DNA from: Solirubrobacterales bacterium
GTDB lineage: Bacteria; Actinomycetota; Thermoleophilia; Solirubrobacterales; 70-9
Direction: 5' to 3'
Assembly: GCA_035472395.1 (NCBI GenBank)
Contig: DATIPC010000098.1
Coordinates: 11,631 to 75,630, forward strand
Length of the DNA stretch: 64,000 nt
The position numbers were made by a program, and so were the translations under genes. The notes beneath the pieces were generated by a model, which was not told the DNA's origin, did no database searches, and worked only from the letters and a program-made list of their open reading frames with translations. Positions 48,128 to 57,397 of this stretch are shown piece after piece. The stretch's first letter is position 1; each line of letters opens with the position of its first letter.

Positions 48128-49568
48128 CGGCGTTGCTGCCGAAACCGGTCCGTGCGTCGCGCAGCACGTGGTAGGGAACTTGTTGAAGGCGAGGGGACAC
48201 GTAACGAATAAGCGTAAGGCGCTCCAGCCTAAGGCGTTCGACCGGACGGAACCCGGACGGTAGCCCGGGTGGCTTCCTGGCCACGATCGGCTTGCTCACC
48301 ACGTCGATCTCCCGCAGCGGTATTTCGCCACTGTAGACGCGTTCGGAGGGGCCGTCGAGGTAAAACTGGATCGGGTCTGCGGCGAGCTTCCAGGTAACGA
48401 TTGCTCGGGGCTGCGTCGGTGAGCCGAGCCTCTCCGTCAGCTCGCGGAAGTCAGGCCGCTGCAGGTTGGGGGTGCGGGCAACATGCACGTCGAAGGCAAG
48501 CCAGTAGGCGCACAGCAGCGCCGCGCAGACGATGCCGATGCGCCGTGCCCTACCGACGCCGAAGCCGACCGCCACGGCAGCCGCGAGCGGGATCAGGGCT
48601 GGGAGCAGGTTGCGCTCGACGATGTAGTCCTTGCCGGCGAGCGCGGCACCGGTGGCGAACAGCACCACTCCCACTCCCACTACCAGCGCCAGCCCGCCGG
48701 CGCGCCTCTCCCGCGCCGAGCCGCGCAACGCCAGCATCAGCAGCGCAATGCCGATCAGCACCACCGGGATCAGGGCGAAGCGCTCGCGGGGCGGCTCGGC
48801 GATCACGTGGCCGGTCTCCCCGGCGAGGAAGCTGACCCCGGTCTCGAAGAGCCGGGTGGACAACAGGCTGTGGTCGATCCAACCGATGTGGGTCGGGTTG
48901 ACCTGGGCGGAGATCAGCGGCAGCAGCGCCAGGCCCACCGCGACGACGGCGCCGACCGCCGGCAACACCAGCCGCCACCTGGACCGCAGCGCAACCAGCA
49001 ACCAGGCCGCCTCGATCGCCACCGCGAAGACTGCGAAGTAATGGCTGCAGAGCGCCAGGCCAGACGCCAGGGCCCAGAGCGCAAGGTCCCGTCCCTCTTC
49101 CGTGCGCAGGGCCCGCACGAAGAAGAGCAGGGCGAGCGCTCCGAAGAGGACGAGCAACGCGTAGGACCGCGCCTCCTGCGAGTACCAGATCAGCATCGGG
49201 TTGACGGCGACGATCGCCGCGGCGATCAGTCCGGTCCGCTCCCGCGCCAGTTCGCGGCCGACCAGGTAGGCAACCGGGACCGTGGCTGCACCGAACAGCG
49301 CCGAGAGCGAGCGCAGCCCCACCTCTCCGGTGCCGAATGCCTTTGCCCAACCCCAGGCGAGCACGTAGTACAGGGGCGGGTTGGACTCGCTCGCCTTGAC
49401 CTGGCGCAACATGTCGACGAAGTTGCCGGGGATGACCCGCGCGGCGGTGATCACCTCGTCGTGGTGGTAACTCTGCACGCCGAGGCTGGCAAAGCGGACC
49501 GTGACCCCCAGCGCGGTCAGGCCCAGGAGCGCCCAGAAGACGGTCAGGTGCGTTTGTTCGTCGGTCAA
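48093..49568 (-). CDS. GT39/ArnT-like (PMT_2) polyprenyl-phosphate-sugar dependent glycosyltransferase
   Basis: 491 aa, more than 10 TM helices, first-loop YHHDE motif, NPPLYYVLAWGW. Confidence 0.75.
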   Translation of the reverse strand: MTDEQTHLTVFWALLGLTALGVTVRFASLGVQSYHHDEVITAARVIPGNFVDMLRQVKASESNPPLYYVLAWGWAKAFGTGEVGLRSLSALFGAATVPVAYLVGRELARERTGLIAAAIVAVNPMLIWYSQEARSYALLVLFGALALLFFVRALRTEEGRDLALWALASGLALCSHYFAVFAVAIEAAWLLVALRSRWRLVLPAVGAVVAVGLALLPLISAQVNPTHIGWIDHSLLSTRLFETGVSFLAGETGHVIAEPPRERFALIPVVLIGIALLMLALRGSARERRAGGLALVVGVGVVLFATGAALAGKDYIVERNLLPALIPLAAAVAVGFGVGRARRIGIVCAALLCAYWLAFDVHVARTPNLQRPDFRELTERLGSPTQPRAIVTWKLAADPIQFYLDGPSERVYSGEIPLREIDVVSKPIVARKPPGLPSGFRPVERLRLERLTLIRYVSPRLQQVPYHVLRDARTGFGSNAVVADGFTPKAG

Positions 49569-52021
49569 GGAGTGCAGCGGTTCGCGGGCATCGGCCGCTT
49601 CGTCCCAAAGGAAGGTGGCAGAACAGCAGCGGTATCGCCCCAGCTGCGATTCGGCCGCGCGCCGAGCCGGTAGGACAGGGTCGCGCCGCGCGCCAGCGCG
49701 CAGAAGGTCGTCCAGGGCCGCTCGTAGACCTTACCGTCGATGCGCATCGCCCGGATGTAGGGAGCCCGAGAAAGGGCGAGCGGTACCCGAGACTTCTCGC
49801 GGCCGTGCCCGCGGCTCGCACGCCGGTAGGCGGAGGCAAGAATCCGCAGCCTCCGTCCGCCGGCCATACGCACGGACGCATGCTGGAAGAGCGGGCTTCC
49901 GATCGCCAGCACACCGACCCCCGGAACCTCCGGATAGAGACCGAGCGCCCCGAGCACGTACCAGGAGGACAGCGTGCCGAGGTCGTCGTTGCCCGGATAG
50001 CCGTCGGGCGAGGCACGGTAGAGGCGAAGCGCCCTTCTCACGACCGCCTGCGTCTTGTAGGGCTGCCCCGCCCAGTCGTAGAGCCAGGGAACATTGAGGT
50101 TGGGCTCGTTGCCCAGCAGCGCATGGTTGGCGTGGGTGGCGCCGGGACCGCCGTTCAGGGTCCGCAGAAATCGGTCGAGCCGGCTCACAGCTGCGGCACG
50201 GCCGCCGATCGACGCGAAGAGGCCGGCGGGATCCTGGGGCACCAACCACGTGTACTGGGCCGAATCGCCCTCGGCGAACCCGGCCCCGTGCAGGTTGTCG
50301 TAGTGGGGGGAGAAGCTCCCATCTTCAAAACGCGGCTCGATCTCGCCGCTGTCTGGGTTGAGGAGATTGCGCCAGTTGCCTGAACGCGGAATAAAGGAAC
50401 GGTAGGTGGCCCCGTCCCCCAGTTCCCGCGCCGCGAACTGGGCGATCGAGAAATCGGCGATCGCGTACTCGAGCGTGGTGGCTGCCGATGCCCAGACCGC
50501 TTCGGGGCTGCCGTAGAGCGAGTTGGCGTTACGGCGCCTGACGTCGATGTCGAAGGGAAGGTAGCCCAGCGCCGTGTACTGCTGGAGCCCTTGCCGTTGG
50601 ACATAGTCCCCGTCGGCAGTGCTGCAGCCTTCCTTTGCCCCCTTGACCATCGCCGCCAGGGCGGCGGCGGCGTCGAAGTCCCGGGCGCCGAAGGCAGCCG
50701 CCGAGGCGACGATCGCATCGGCGGGGTCGCCGACCATCGTCATGCTCTGCCCGTTGGCGTAGGACCAGCGCGGCAGGCAACCGCTCTGCTCGGCGTCGGC
50801 GAGCATCGAGGCGACGATGTCGCTGGCGCGGTGGGGCATCAGCATCGCCAGCAGGGGGATCTGGGTCCGGTAGACGTCCCAGCCCGAGAGATCCGCGTAC
50901 TGGGTACGGCCACCGGTGCTGTGGACGGCCCCGTCCATGCCGATGTAGCGGCCGTCGGCGTCGTCGAAGGTGCGAGGAGCGAGCAGAGCGTGGTAGAGCG
51001 CCGTGTAGAAGGTGTCGATGTCGCCGCGACCGCCGCCGCCGACCCGGATCGAGGCGAGGGCGCGGTTCCAGCTTGCCTCCGCCGCGGCGGCGACGTGGTC
51101 AAAGGAGGCGCCCCGACTTTCGGCGGCGAGATTGGCTCGCGCCCCGGCGACGCTGACGAAAGAGACTCCGACACGGACGGTGACGACCCGGTTGTGGCGG
51201 GTGTCGAAGCTGGCGTAGGCGCCCGCCTGGGCCGTGTTCGCCGGGACGGTCGAGGGCTGCTCCTGGTCTACGGCAGCGGTGTCGCCCGGCGCCAGCTTCT
51301 GACCCGTCCAGGTGCCGTGGGCATCGATGGGGCGATCGAAGACAGCGGCGAAATAGACCCGGTAGCGAGGCCGCTGGGCGCAGAAGTAGCCGCTCGAGGC
51401 GGAGCCGGAGATCTCGCGCTTGGCCGGGTCGATATTCACTTCGGCGAGATCGTCGGCTTTGGCGCTGCCGCCGGCGTCGATCAAGACGCTCGCGTGCGGC
51501 GAGCGCGGGAAGGCGAAGCGGGCGACGCCGGTGCGGGTGGTGGCGGTCAGCGCGGCATCGATCGCCCCGCCGCCGACCGGATTGAGGTGGACCGAGTAGA
51601 CGCCGGGGCTGGCCCGCTCGTTCGCATGAGAGAAACCCGGCTGGAAGCGACCGCGCAGGCCGCCACCTTGGGCCGCCGGAGAAGCGCGTATCGGCTCAGT
51701 CGTCGGCAAGAAGGGGAAATCCCCGTACAGCGCGCAGCCGGCGCCGCTGAGATGGGTGAGGCTGAAGCCCCTGAGGTGATGGTCGCGGTAGTCGTAGCCA
51801 CCCGAGTGCCGGTCCGCCGGCACGGTGTCGGGACCCCACTGCACCATCCCGAAGGGCAGGGTCGCGCCGGGAAAGTTGTGGCCGCCGCCAAAGGCATTGG
51901 CGCCGGGCTCGGTGCCGGCAAAGACGCTGACGTGGTCGGCAAGACCTGCTCCCGGCGCCGTCGGCGCGGCAAAGCCGAGCACCAGCAGCGCCCCCAGCGT
52001 CGTGATCGCCGCTCGCAGCAT
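49565..52021 (-). CDS. GH92 family alpha-mannosidase-like glycoside hydrolase (secreted)
   Basis: Signal peptide MLRAAITTLGALLVLGFAAPTAPGAG. GH92-type segments (FSLTHLSGAG, YTALYHALLAP, GNDDLGTLSSWYV). Start trimmed from 52399 to ATG 52021. Confidence 0.8.
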   Translation of the reverse strand: MLRAAITTLGALLVLGFAAPTAPGAGLADHVSVFAGTEPGANAFGGGHNFPGATLPFGMVQWGPDTVPADRHSGGYDYRDHHLRGFSLTHLSGAGCALYGDFPFLPTTEPIRASPAAQGGGLRGRFQPGFSHANERASPGVYSVHLNPVGGGAIDAALTATTRTGVARFAFPRSPHASVLIDAGGSAKADDLAEVNIDPAKREISGSASSGYFCAQRPRYRVYFAAVFDRPIDAHGTWTGQKLAPGDTAAVDQEQPSTVPANTAQAGAYASFDTRHNRVVTVRVGVSFVSVAGARANLAAESRGASFDHVAAAAEASWNRALASIRVGGGGRGDIDTFYTALYHALLAPRTFDDADGRYIGMDGAVHSTGGRTQYADLSGWDVYRTQIPLLAMLMPHRASDIVASMLADAEQSGCLPRWSYANGQSMTMVGDPADAIVASAAAFGARDFDAAAALAAMVKGAKEGCSTADGDYVQRQGLQQYTALGYLPFDIDVRRRNANSLYGSPEAVWASAATTLEYAIADFSIAQFAARELGDGATYRSFIPRSGNWRNLLNPDSGEIEPRFEDGSFSPHYDNLHGAGFAEGDSAQYTWLVPQDPAGLFASIGGRAAAVSRLDRFLRTLNGGPGATHANHALLGNEPNLNVPWLYDWAGQPYKTQAVVRRALRLYRASPDGYPGNDDLGTLSSWYVLGALGLYPEVPGVGVLAIGSPLFQHASVRMAGGRRLRILASAYRRASRGHGREKSRVPLALSRAPYIRAMRIDGKVYERPWTTFCALARGATLSYRLGARPNRSWGDTAAVLPPSFGTKRPMPANRCTP

Positions 52022-52094
52022 CGGCACAACGTTAGGGGTCGCGCCCACCGCACCCGCCGTGCCCGACCGCGCGGCACGTAACCTTCCGGCTCCG

Positions 52095-52727
52095 ATGTCG
52101 GCTCGAATCGCCATCCTCGCCGCCTTCGCGGCCATCGCGGTCGCGGCGCTGGCGGTGGTCCTCATCGACGGAGCCGGAGGCGATTCTGCAGCCCAAGCGA
52201 AGACCGTTCCGGGGGAACCGGGCGTCGAGATCATCTCCCCACGCAATGGCGCCCGCCAATCGAGCCGTGCGGTGGTGGTCAAGGTCAGGGTGCACAGCTT
52301 CACGCTCGCGCCGCGCCACTTCGGCGGCGAACCGGAGCTCGGCGAGGGCAACATCCGCTTCGGGCTCAACCGCGTCCCCGACTGCGTCGACCCGGCCAAA
52401 CTGCAGCGAGCGGTGGAAAGCCCGCTCGGCCGCGGTCGGCTGGTAGGCGCCTCCTTCGACTTCCCCCGCTACTCCGGTCCCAATGGGGTGCTCGGCGCGC
52501 GGATCGGCTCCAGCGGCAGCTACTCGCCCGCGACCCGGCCCGAGATCTACTACCACGAACTACGCCCGGGCTTCTACCGGCTGGTGGTGACGCTGGCCCT
52601 CAACAACGGTGCCACCACTCCCTACCACGCCGTCACCAACTTCCAGATCCTGCCCCGCCCCGGCCACGGCCCCCCGCCGTGCAGCGGCGGCAAGGTCTCC
52701 AGCGCCAAGGCCGCCGCTTTCAACTGA
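52095..52727 (+). CDS. membrane-anchored/secreted hypothetical protein
   Basis: MSARIAILAAFAAIAVAALAVVLI anchor. Start trimmed from 51825. Confidence 0.5.
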   Translation: MSARIAILAAFAAIAVAALAVVLIDGAGGDSAAQAKTVPGEPGVEIISPRNGARQSSRAVVVKVRVHSFTLAPRHFGGEPELGEGNIRFGLNRVPDCVDPAKLQRAVESPLGRGRLVGASFDFPRYSGPNGVLGARIGSSGSYSPATRPEIYYHELRPGFYRLVVTLALNNGATTPYHAVTNFQILPRPGHGPPPCSGGKVSSAKAAAFN

Positions 52728-52768
52728 GGGCGGCCCAGAAACCGGCGGGTCGCCTTTACTTCACTTTG

Positions 52769-52774
52769 TATAGT
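52769..52774 (+). promoter_or_regulatory. -10 box TATAGT, 7 nt upstream of the ABC gene ATG (leaderless transcript likely)
   Basis: Read directly. Preceded by TG (TTGTATAGT). No convincing -35 and no SD. Confidence 0.35.
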
Positions 52775-52781
52775 GGCTTGA

Positions 52782-54551
52782 ATGCGTACCTATCGCCGCC
52801 TGATGGGGTTTCTGCGCCCCTATCGCCGCCAGCTCTGGGGCTCGCTGGCCTTCGCCTGGGTGGCGATGGGGATGACGGTGCTGATCCCGTGGCTGATCGG
52901 GCGTGCGGTCAACGCGATCGAGAGTGGCGACAAGCCCGACCTGCTGCCGCTTGCCCTGGCGATCGTCGGGGCGGGGATCCTGCGCCTCGGGCTGACCGCG
53001 GTGCGGCGGGTCGTGGCCGGCAAGGTCTCGTTGGCGGTCGAGTTCGATCTGCGCCAGCTCTTCTACGCGCACCTGCAGCGGCTCGAGCTCGGCTTCTTCG
53101 ACGGGCAGCAGACCGGACAGTTGATGTCGAGGGCGACGGTCGACCTGCAATCGATCCGCTTCTTCCTCGGCTACGGCCTGATCTTCATCACCCAGAACCT
53201 GCTGACGATCGTCCTCGTCACCGCCGTGATGATCGCGATCAACCCCTTGCTGGCGCTGATCGCCCTCGCCCCCGCGCCGTTGGTCGTCTACACCGCCTCC
53301 CGCTACAACCGCATCTCGCGACCGGCCCTGCAGGAGGTGCAGCAGCGGATCGCCGAGCTGACCGCGGAGGCCGAGGAGAACGTCTCCGGCATCCGCATCG
53401 TCAAGGCCTTCGCCCGCGAGGAGCATCAGCTGCATCGCTTCCGTCGTGCGGTCTCGCGGGTCTTCGACCAGAGCATCTACTCGACCCGGCTGCAGGCGTT
53501 CTTCTCACCGCTGATCGGCTTCCTGCCGCAGCTCGGGATCGCCCTGGTGCTGCTGATCGGCGGTCGCCAGGTGATCGCCGGCAGCCTCAGCCTCGGCGAC
53601 TTCACCGCCTTCTACACCTACGTCGTGATCCTGGCGGCGCCGATGCGAATGCTGGGGATGGCGATGGGGATGGCGCAGCGGGCGGTCGCCTCCGGCAACC
53701 GCCTCTTCGAGATCCTCGATCGCGAGCCGCAGATCGAGAGCCCTCCGGAGGCGCCGCCGCTGCCCATCGGGGGTGGCCGGGTGCAGATGCGGGGCGTGAC
53801 CCTGCGCTACGACGGCTCCGCCCCCGCCGTTACCGACATCGACCTCGAGGTCGAGGCGGGGCGCACCGTAGCCCTGGTTGGGCCCTCGGGCTCAGGCAAG
53901 ACCAGCCTGGTCGCGCTGATTGCCCGCCTCTATGACCCGAGCGAGGGAGCGGTCCTGGTCGACGGCGCCGACGTCCGCTCGGTCGAGGTCGGCTCGCTGC
54001 GCGGCGAGATCGCCTTCGTCGCCGACGACAGCTTCCTCTTCTCGGCCACGGTCGCCGAGAACATCGCCTACGCGCGACCGGAGGCGAGCCGCGAGGAGAT
54101 CGAAGCGGCGGCGCGGCGCGCCCAGGCCGACGGGTTCATCCGCGATCTGCCGGGCGGCTACGAGACGACGGTGGGCGAGCGCGGCCTCACCCTCTCGGGC
54201 GGCCAGCGTCAGCGCGTCGCGATCGCCCGCGCCCTGCTCGCCGACCCGCGCATCCTGATCCTCGACGACGCCACCTCCTCGGTTGACGCGACCACCGAGG
54301 CGGCGATCAAATCCGGCCTGCGCGAGGCGATGACGGGCCGCACCACGTTCATAATCGCCCACCGGCTCTCGACCGTCTCACTTGCCGACGAGGTGGTCGT
54401 GATGGACGGCGGCCGCATCGTCGACCGCGGCAGCCACGCGGAGCTGCTCGAGGGTTGCAGCTTCTACCGCGAGATCGCCGAGCACGGCCTCGCCGACACG
54501 GTCTTCCTCCAGCACGACCTCGAAGAGCGCGAGGAGATGGCGCGTCTATGA
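52782..54551 (+). CDS. ABC exporter, fused permease/ATPase subunit
   Basis: 589 aa. Six TM helices, then GPSGSGKTS Walker [16 protein letters not shown] and ILILDDATS. Confidence 0.9.
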   Translation: MRTYRRLMGFLRPYRRQLWGSLAFAWVAMGMTVLIPWLIGRAVNAIESGDKPDLLPLALAIVGAGILRLGLTAVRRVVAGKVSLAVEFDLRQLFYAHLQRLELGFFDGQQTGQLMSRATVDLQSIRFFLGYGLIFITQNLLTIVLVTAVMIAINPLLALIALAPAPLVVYTASRYNRISRPALQEVQQRIAELTAEAEENVSGIRIVKAFAREEHQLHRFRRAVSRVFDQSIYSTRLQAFFSPLIGFLPQLGIALVLLIGGRQVIAGSLSLGDFTAFYTYVVILAAPMRMLGMAMGMAQRAVASGNRLFEILDREPQIESPPEAPPLPIGGGRVQMRGVTLRYDGSAPAVTDIDLEVEAGRTVALVGPSGSGKTSLVALIARLYDPSEGAVLVDGADVRSVEVGSLRGEIAFVADDSFLFSATVAENIAYARPEASREEIEAAARRAQADGFIRDLPGGYETTVGERGLTLSGGQRQRVAIARALLADPRILILDDATSSVDATTEAAIKSGLREAMTGRTTFIIAHRLSTVSLADEVVVMDGGRIVDRGSHAELLEGCSFYREIAEHGLADTVFLQHDLEEREEMARL

Positions 54552-56449
54552 CCTCCGAGCGCAACCGCTTGCGCGAGATCTACCTCCTCTTCGCCGCCCT
54601 CTGGCAGTTGGTCCGCGGCCAGGACCAGCGGGCCCGCAAGGTGCGCTGGATGATCGGGCTGCTGCGGCCCTACCGGGGCAAGGTCGTGCTGATGTTCGCC
54701 GCCCTCCTGGTCGCGACCGGCGCCGGCCTCGCCCCTCCCTATCTCGCCGGCAAGGCGGTTGACTCGGGGATCGTCGCCGGCGACGTCAGCGCCCTCGACC
54801 TGATCGTCATCGCCTTTGTCGTCGTCGCATCCCTCTATGCGGCGGCCACCTACCTGCAGACCTATCTGGTCGGCTGGGTTGGGACGCGCGCCCTCCAGGA
54901 TCTGCGCGAGCGACTCTTCGCCCACATCCAGGCGATGTCGATCGGCTTCTTCACGCGGAATAGCCCGGGGGTATTGATCAGCCGCATGACCAACGACATC
55001 GAGGCGCTCAACCAGCTCGTCACCGACGGCGTCGTGACGATGTTCTCGAGCACCCTGACGCTGATCGGCGTGGTCGTGATCCTGCTCTTCCTCGATGCCC
55101 CGTTGGCGCTGGTCACCTTCCTCACCTTCCCCCTGATCGCCGCCGCCAGCATCGCCTTCCGGATCGTCTCCCACGGCGCCTACCGCGCGACCAGGGAGCG
55201 GATCGCGGCGATCACCGGCTACCTGCAGGAGACGCTGAGCGGGGTGCGAGTGGTGCGCAGCTTCGGCCAGGAGCCGCGCCACGCGACGGCGATGACCGAG
55301 CTCAACGAGGCCAACCGCGAGGCGAACATGAAGACCGTCTACCTCAACGCCTCCTACTTCCCGGCGGTCGAGCTCCTCTCCGCAGTCGGCGTCGCGGCGA
55401 TCCTCCTCTTCGGCGGCTCCCAGGCGATCGACGGTGCGATCCAGATCGGCGTCATCGTCGCCTTCGTCGGCTACCTGCAGGTCTTCTTCCAGCCGATCCA
55501 GGAACTCTCCCAGCTCTACACCACCTACCAGCAGGGGATGGCGGCCCTGGACAAGATCTTCGACCTGCTCGACACCAAGCCGGACATGGTCGATGCGCCG
55601 GGCGCGATCGACCCAGGCACGCTGCGCGGTGAGATTCGAATGGAGGAAGTCTGGTTCTCCTATACGGAGGACCCGGCGGCGCGGACGCGGGAGCGAGCGA
55701 GCGAGATCTCCAGTGACGATGAGCGCGAGGGAGCGGGAGCAGAGCAGCCGCCGGATGATGTCTGGGCGCTGCGGGAAGTAGATCTGCACGTGCCACCCGG
55801 CCAGACCCTGGCCCTGGTCGGCGCAACCGGCGCCGGCAAGTCGACCTTCGCCAAGCTGGTGGCACGCTTCTATGACCCGCAGGCGGGCCGGGTCCTGGTC
55901 GACGGGCACGACCTGCGCGGCGTCCGGCAGGAGGGGCTGCGGCGGCAGCTGGGGATCGTGCCTCAGGAGGGGTTCCTCTTCTCCGGCAGCGTCCGCGAGA
56001 ACATCGCCTTCGGCCGGCCGGAGGCGAGCCTGGAGGAGATCGAGGACGCGGCCGCCGCAGTCGGCGCGACCGAGTTCGTCGCGGCGCTGCCCGATGGCAT
56101 CGATACCCAGGTGGGCGAGCGGGGGGTCCAGCTCTCCGCCGGTCAGCGCCAGCTGGTCGCCTTCGCTCGGGCATTGCTGGCCGAGCCCCGCATCCTGATC
56201 CTCGACGAGGCGACCTCGAACGTCGACGTACGAACCGAGAAGACGATCGAGCGCGGCCTCGAGCGACTGCTCGCCGGTCGCACCGCGATCGTCATCGCCC
56301 ACCGCCTCTCCACGATCCGCCGCGCCGGCAAGATCGTCGTGCTCGAAGGAGGCCGCATCGCCGAGAGCGGCACCCACGACGAGCTGATCAGTGCCGGTGG
56401 GCCCTACTCGCGCCTCTACGGCGCCTGGCAGGAGTCCTCGGCCGCTTAG
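54548..56449 (+). CDS. ABC exporter, fused permease/ATPase subunit (partner)
   Basis: ATGA overlap with the previous gene. GATGAGKST, LSAGQRQLVAFARAL, ILILDEATS. Start trimmed from 54455. Confidence 0.9.
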   Translation: MTSERNRLREIYLLFAALWQLVRGQDQRARKVRWMIGLLRPYRGKVVLMFAALLVATGAGLAPPYLAGKAVDSGIVAGDVSALDLIVIAFVVVASLYAAATYLQTYLVGWVGTRALQDLRERLFAHIQAMSIGFFTRNSPGVLISRMTNDIEALNQLVTDGVVTMFSSTLTLIGVVVILLFLDAPLALVTFLTFPLIAAASIAFRIVSHGAYRATRERIAAITGYLQETLSGVRVVRSFGQEPRHATAMTELNEANREANMKTVYLNASYFPAVELLSAVGVAAILLFGGSQAIDGAIQIGVIVAFVGYLQVFFQPIQELSQLYTTYQQGMAALDKIFDLLDTKPDMVDAPGAIDPGTLRGEIRMEEVWFSYTEDPAARTRERASEISSDDEREGAGAEQPPDDVWALREVDLHVPPGQTLALVGATGAGKSTFAKLVARFYDPQAGRVLVDGHDLRGVRQEGLRRQLGIVPQEGFLFSGSVRENIAFGRPEASLEEIEDAAAAVGATEFVAALPDGIDTQVGERGVQLSAGQRQLVAFARALLAEPRILILDEATSNVDVRTEKTIERGLERLLAGRTAIVIAHRLSTIRRAGKIVVLEGGRIAESGTHDELISAGGPYSRLYGAWQESSAA

Positions 56450-56452
56450 CGG

Positions 56453-56501
56453 GACGAGATTCACCTTTGGCCCCTCACGGGGGCTCAACGTAGACCTCGT
56501 C
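56453..56501. repeat. repeat family B, copy 2 (palindromic element between convergent genes)
   Basis: GACGAGATTCAC-CTTTG-GCCCC-tcacg-GGGGC-TCAAC-GTAGACCTCGTC. Overlaps the stop codon of the lipoprotein gene. Confidence 0.7.
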
Positions 56502-57216
56502 AGCCGGGGCCGATGCCGCCGGAGCTGCCGCCGCCCGAACCGCTGCCGCCGCCTTCGGTGCCGCCGCCGGCAGTGGCGCCGCCACCGGCGCTTTCTTCTT
56601 CGACCGGGGCGGCTTCGGGCGCCGCTTCGACTTCTTCTTCGGCTTCGGGCGCCGCTTCTTCGACGCCTTCCGATGATTCTTCTTCGGCGGGCTCGCCTCC
56701 GGCGGAGCTTGGCGTCGGCGCGCTCGGCGCTTCCGCGCAATCTTCGAATCCGAACGAGAGCGCCGCCGACTGGAACGAGGACAGAACCGCGGAGGCTTCC
56801 GCTTCGGCGCTGGTCAGGGCTTCTTCTTCGCCACGCCCAGCCGCCAAGCTGACGTTGCTCTCCGCCTGGGCGAGCTGTTCGGCCGCGGAGATGAATTCGG
56901 GATAGCCACTGCTGTCGTCGCTGGGGGCGCCGAGGTTCTTCAGGCGTTCCGCCATGCCGTTGTAGAGGCTGGCGACCTGCGTGGCCTCGCCGCTGGCACC
57001 AGAGCTGGTCGACCCCACCGTCCCGACCGCGGCGTTCACCTCGGCGCAGATCGCATCGCCCTGGGAGATCAGCTCTTCCTTGCTCAGGGCCGTGGTCGCT
57101 TCGGTGGTTTCAACCGGGGCGGCAGCGGTCGATTCGTCGCCGCCCCCACCACCGCAGCCGGCGAGCGCCAACGCAGCCAAAGGCAAGATCAGGAGAAAGC
57201 GCTTGGGGGTTCCCAT
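56500..57216 (-). CDS. lipoprotein with an acidic, Gly-rich C-terminal tail
   Basis: Lipobox LALAGC after MGTPKRFLLILPLAA. Low-complexity EEAAPEAEEE and GGGSGSGGG tail. Confidence 0.7.
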   Translation of the reverse strand: MGTPKRFLLILPLAALALAGCGGGGGDESTAAAPVETTEATTALSKEELISQGDAICAEVNAAVGTVGSTSSGASGEATQVASLYNGMAERLKNLGAPSDDSSGYPEFISAAEQLAQAESNVSLAAGRGEEEALTSAEAEASAVLSSFQSAALSFGFEDCAEAPSAPTPSSAGGEPAEEESSEGVEEAAPEAEEEVEAAPEAAPVEEESAGGGATAGGGTEGGGSGSGGGSSGGIGPG

Positions 57217-57270
57217 TGCGGGGCGAAGTTAGCAGAGCCGCTAGACGGCTCTGTGCAGGGACTTTGGCAA

Positions 57271-57342
57271 CTGCGCCCCAGGGACTCGAACCCCAAATTC
57301 CAGTTCCAGAGACTGGCGTGTTGCCAATTACACCAGGGCGCA
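57271..57342 (-). tRNA. tRNA-Gln (CTG anticodon)
   Basis: Folded by hand on the minus strand: acceptor TGCGCCC/GGGCGCA (U1-A72), D arm GTGT-AATTGGCA-ACAC, anticodon arm CCAGT-CTCTGGA-ACTGG, T loop TTCGAGT, discriminator G. No encoded CCA. Confidence 0.9.
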
Positions 57343-57397
57343 ACGAACAGGCCTGAGGATATCTAGCGCACTGCGGCCGCGCCCGGAGGCGTCCTCG

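Noticed and set aside
56560-56700. Tandem DNA repeat GGCTTCGGGCGCCGCTTC (x2) and surrounding GCC/GGC periodicity
   Set aside because: It lies inside the lipoprotein gene and simply encodes its low-complexity acidic (EAAPE) tail. It is not an independent repeat element.
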